Below are positions 61,120 to 64,000 of a stretch of 64,000 bases of DNA, one piece after another; position 1 is the first letter of the stretch; each line of letters opens with the position of its first letter. Under the pieces are notes generated by a model, which did no database searches, was not told the origin of the DNA, and was given only the letters and a program-made list of their open reading frames with translations. Both the position numbers and the translations under genes were made by a program. The DNA is from Planctomycetota bacterium (GTDB taxonomy: Bacteria > Planctomycetota > J058): positions 1,509 through 65,508 of the forward strand of contig JAHBXY010000023.1 in NCBI GenBank assembly GCA_019636275.1. Direction: 5' to 3'.

Positions 61120-62004
61120 TCAGCGGGCGGGGCGGAGCGTGACCGGCTGGCCGGGCTGCACGTCGTGGGTGCGGGCGAAGTCGCCCATGTTGATCGCCAG
61201 GGCGGCGTGGCCGCGGCTGTTGACGTAGACGAGCGGCTGACCGACGGGGACGTCGCCGAAGGTGCGCACGAAGGTGGCCACGAGGCGGCGCTCGCCCACG
61301 GTCACGGCGACGCTCGCGCCGGGCTCGAGGCCCTCGAGGTGGTCGGCCGGGACGTTCGTCCACACGTTGCCGAACGGCTCGTCGATCGAGGTCACGACGC
61401 CCGTGGCCCCGCCGTCGGCCAGGCGCGCCGCCCGCGGCAGGGTGAGCCGGGTCCAGTCCGTGACCTCGGGGCCCACGTCCTCGAAGCGCGCGCCGCCGGC
61501 GAGGTGGCCCGCCGCCGGCGCGAACACGTCGCGTCCGTGGAAGGTGTCGCTCGGCCGGTCGCGCATGAACCTCGTGTTCTCCAGGGCGCGCACCTCGGCC
61601 GGGCCGTGACGGTCGATCGCCAGCGACAGGACGCCGTTGTCGGGGCCCACGAGCAGGGTTCCGCTGGCGAGGCGCGCCACGAGCGCGCGGCGCCGCGTGC
61701 CCACGCCCGGGTCGACGACGACCACGAACACGCTCCCCGGCGGGTAGACCTCCGGCGCCTCGGCGAGCAGGCGCGCGCCGGCGGCGACGTCGAACGCCGG
61801 CACGGCGTGCGTCAGGTCCACGACGGGCGACCACGGCGAGCGCGCGAGCACGACGCCGCGCAGGAGGCCCACCGCGTCGTCCTGCAGGCCGAAGTCGGTC
61901 ATCAGCACGACCGGCACCGGCGCGCCCTCGGGCGGCGACGGCGCGCCGGCGCAGGCGGCGACGAGGGGAAGGACGGGGAGGAGGGCCAGGGCGAGCCTCG
62001 GCAT
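61120..62004 (-). CDS. SAM hydroxide adenosyltransferase / halogenase-like (DUF62) protein with lipoprotein signal
   Basis: [49 protein letters not shown] and RTFGDV..YVNSRG. The N-terminus reads [17 protein letters not shown]|C. Confidence 0.88.
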   Translation of the reverse strand: MPRLALALLPVLPLVAACAGAPSPPEGAPVPVVLMTDFGLQDDAVGLLRGVVLARSPWSPVVDLTHAVPAFDVAAGARLLAEAPEVYPPGSVFVVVVDPGVGTRRRALVARLASGTLLVGPDNGVLSLAIDRHGPAEVRALENTRFMRDRPSDTFHGRDVFAPAAGHLAGGARFEDVGPEVTDWTRLTLPRAARLADGGATGVVTSIDEPFGNVWTNVPADHLEGLEPGASVAVTVGERRLVATFVRTFGDVPVGQPLVYVNSRGHAALAINMGDFARTHDVQPGQPVTLRPAR

Positions 62005-62215
62005 GCGACACCTGCTCGTCAGTGGACAGGGCGGGCGGGCGCGCGACAAGGGCGGCCCGCGGGCAAAGGGGCAAGCGGGGAGGTGCACATGAACTGATGG
62101 CGCCCGTCCCTTCCTGCCAGCGCCGCGTCATCCGGGGACCGTTGAACCCCACGACCGAATGGCAATGGTGCTCCGCCCACAATAGGATGATGGAGAAGGA
62201 GAATGAGGAACAGGA

Positions 62216-63340
62216 GTGAGCCGCAGGGTCCCAGTTGGATTTCCGCTCCTCTTCTTCGTCGGCGCATGCGCCGTCCTGGAGTCTGCCGGGTGCACGACTC
62301 GCTCCGGGTTACAGAGCGACGACCATGACGTTCCGGCGGACGACATCGCTCAGGAACCCGAGTCAGCGGTCTCACCGATCTCCTCAGGGTCAGCACTATC
62401 GTGTCTGACCGCGTTCCAGGAGGCGTTCGAGGCCGAACTGAACGATGGAGCAGAAACTGAAGGGCCCAGATCGGACGATCTCGTCGAAGTGATGGCCTGG
62501 GCGCTGGCAAAGAGCCAACGGGCCGACCTCAGCGCCGACGACGCGAAAGACAGGATTCGTCGTCACGCACCGTCGAGCGTGCTGCTCGTCGAGAGCGCCA
62601 AGGGCTCTCTGGAGGGTGGAGCGGCATTGTGGGTGGAGGCGGACGGAGAGCAGAGAGTCTGGCTGCCTCTCCTCCTCTTGGCCTGTCCCGATGAAGTACG
62701 CATCGCATGTCGGACGGCCGCGCCGTCGAGGGTGACCAGAGATCTGATCGCATCCGTCGTGCGCGCGGCGGTCTCCGACGGCGTCATGCCGGTCGACTGG
62801 ACGCCGACGGGGATCGCGAATCGTCCTGAAGCAGTGGTTTTCTTCATGCACGGCACCGCGGTCACAGGACTCCTGCTGCCGTCCCTCCCGGTCGAGGTCT
62901 CGGCTGACCTTGCGATCGGTCACAGCAAGGTTCCGGAGCTCGATCGTCAGGATGCGGTGCTTGCATTGGCGTCTGAAGAATGCGTGACGATCCAGCTGCA
63001 AGCCGTCCACCCGTACTCAGGGGCTCGGTTCGCGCTCGTCATGCAAGGCGGAGAGATCCGTAGCGGGCGACGGTCGCCGGACGCGGAAACACATGCGAGC
63101 AGCACCGTCGATCATGACCACTGGATCTTGATGAGAGCGGCGCTTGCCGACGCGATTCGCGCTGACCAGCAAGTGGTGTTCGTTCCAGACGAACCTGTCG
63201 TTCAGCTGTCGATCATGCTTCGCCGTTCGACCGGCGACGTCGCAGAGTTCAGGACGATCTGGTCGCTCGGTTCAGAGTCGGGTCCTGGCAGTCGGTTCAA
63301 TCGCCTCCTTCGTGACGCTCATCCCGTACGTCCGCGGTGA
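62216..63340 (+). CDS. Hypothetical exported protein in lower-GC segment
   Basis: 374-aa ORF with a hydrophobic N-terminus and possible lipobox (SAG|C), purine-rich RBS and atypical codon usage. No family recognised. Confidence 0.5.
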   Translation: MSRRVPVGFPLLFFVGACAVLESAGCTTRSGLQSDDHDVPADDIAQEPESAVSPISSGSALSCLTAFQEAFEAELNDGAETEGPRSDDLVEVMAWALAKSQRADLSADDAKDRIRRHAPSSVLLVESAKGSLEGGAALWVEADGEQRVWLPLLLLACPDEVRIACRTAAPSRVTRDLIASVVRAAVSDGVMPVDWTPTGIANRPEAVVFFMHGTAVTGLLLPSLPVEVSADLAIGHSKVPELDRQDAVLALASEECVTIQLQAVHPYSGARFALVMQGGEIRSGRRSPDAETHASSTVDHDHWILMRAALADAIRADQQVVFVPDEPVVQLSIMLRRSTGDVAEFRTIWSLGSESGPGSRFNRLLRDAHPVRPR

Positions 63341-63547
63341 TGTCAGTGCTTCGCCATGCCTTTGGCTCGTAGCCGGTCGTAACGCTCCAGTCCGCCACTG
63401 AAAACCTGTCCCAGAGGATTTCTCGACAGGTCAGGCCGCTCGTCCCGCCGGCGCGCAGCGATAGCCTGGTCACGACCCAGCCTCCCACTCATAGGCCGAC
63501 GGTGGAGTGTTTCCTGGGGACGCCGATACCAAGCGGAGAAGTGCCAC

Positions 63548-64000
63548 ATGAGTAGGATTCCTCCTCGCCTGCTGAGCACCGTTGGCGCCGCACTCATCTC
63601 AGGGTGCGTCATCTCGCCTGGAGTACTTGAAGCGGAAGCGATCGTCCTCCGCGATGATTCTGGCGCTGTCCGCGTCGAGATCCGCCCTGGCGTCGTGGTG
63701 CTGAGGGATCATCAGGGCGAAACCCGCGTCGTCCTCCAGGAGGCGAACCGTGGTGCCGAGCTCTGGCTGTATGGGGAAGACCGAGACGGAACCCGCAGTG
63801 TAGTTGCCAACGTCAAGACCGTCGCTGAGCGTGCGGAGCTCCTTATAGAGGCTGGCGCCCACGCCGTCGTGATCCAGGCAGGATCGTCAGTCGATCGCGC
63901 GGACCTCACTCTTCTGAGCCGCGACCAGCATGGGCGATCAGGAGGCAACGTCACGACTCTTTCCAGTCCTCGAGCCGAACCGCATGTAATCTCGATTCAT
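63548..64000 (+). CDS. Putative lipoprotein (partial) related to the 41515..42066 repeat protein
   Basis: Not in the ORF track because it has no stop in the window. My translation is MSRIPPRLLSTVGAALISG|CVISPGVLEAEAIVLRDDSGAVRVEI..VVLRDHQGETRVVL, open to the window end. GGAG lies upstream. Confidence 0.55.
   Translation, partial: MSRIPPRLLSTVGAALISGCVISPGVLEAEAIVLRDDSGAVRVEIRPGVVVLRDHQGETRVVLQEANRGAELWLYGEDRDGTRSVVANVKTVAERAELLIEAGAHAVVIQAGSSVDRADLTLLSRDQHGRSGGNVTTLSSPRAEPHVISIH

Noticed and set aside
63599-63862. 87-aa minus-strand ORF from the track
   Set aside because: It is antisense to the better-supported plus-strand lipoprotein frame starting at 63548, which has an RBS, a lipobox and family-like repeats.

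Overview
This is very GC-rich bacterial DNA (roughly 75% by eye). The gene repertoire (many prepilin-type genes, Ser/Thr kinases, kelch lipoprotein-like proteins) is suggestive of Planctomycetota, but that assignment is inference. The left 20.6 kb holds the standout locus. A minus-strand cluster encodes a type IV filament machine of hybrid T2SS/T4aP character: four large pilins, PilM/N- and PilO-like proteins, both PilT and PilB/GspE ATPases, PilC/GspF, a secretin with an FG-repeat insertion, and a TPR lipoprotein. The cluster is led by a small hypothetical gene and a secreted double-kelch protein, and it sits next to an FbpABC/FutABC-type Fe3+ ABC transporter. All three promoters of this locus (stand-alone pilin, pilus operon, iron transporter) carry the same Fur-box-like palindrome TTGAGA(C/A)TnA(G/T)TCTCAA, exactly 40 bp downstream of a TTGACN -35 hexamer. 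This points to an iron-repressed retractile pilus/secretion system. A second candidate regulon lies at 35.2-39.7 kb: a catalytically dead serine-recombinase homologue and an NfeD-flotillin-flotillin operon share the operator CGTCAA-N14-TTGACG and the -10 box TACCCT. Two copies of a ~200-bp MITE/REP-like element with compensatory hairpin changes also occur. The remainder is ordinary housekeeping and signalling content (NtrC-type regulator, UbiB, ComF, ComEA, Maf, radical SAM, PepA, CDF, histidine kinases, ABC-HlyD-TolC), and the window ends in a lower-GC segment. I saw no rRNA, tRNA or CRISPR array.
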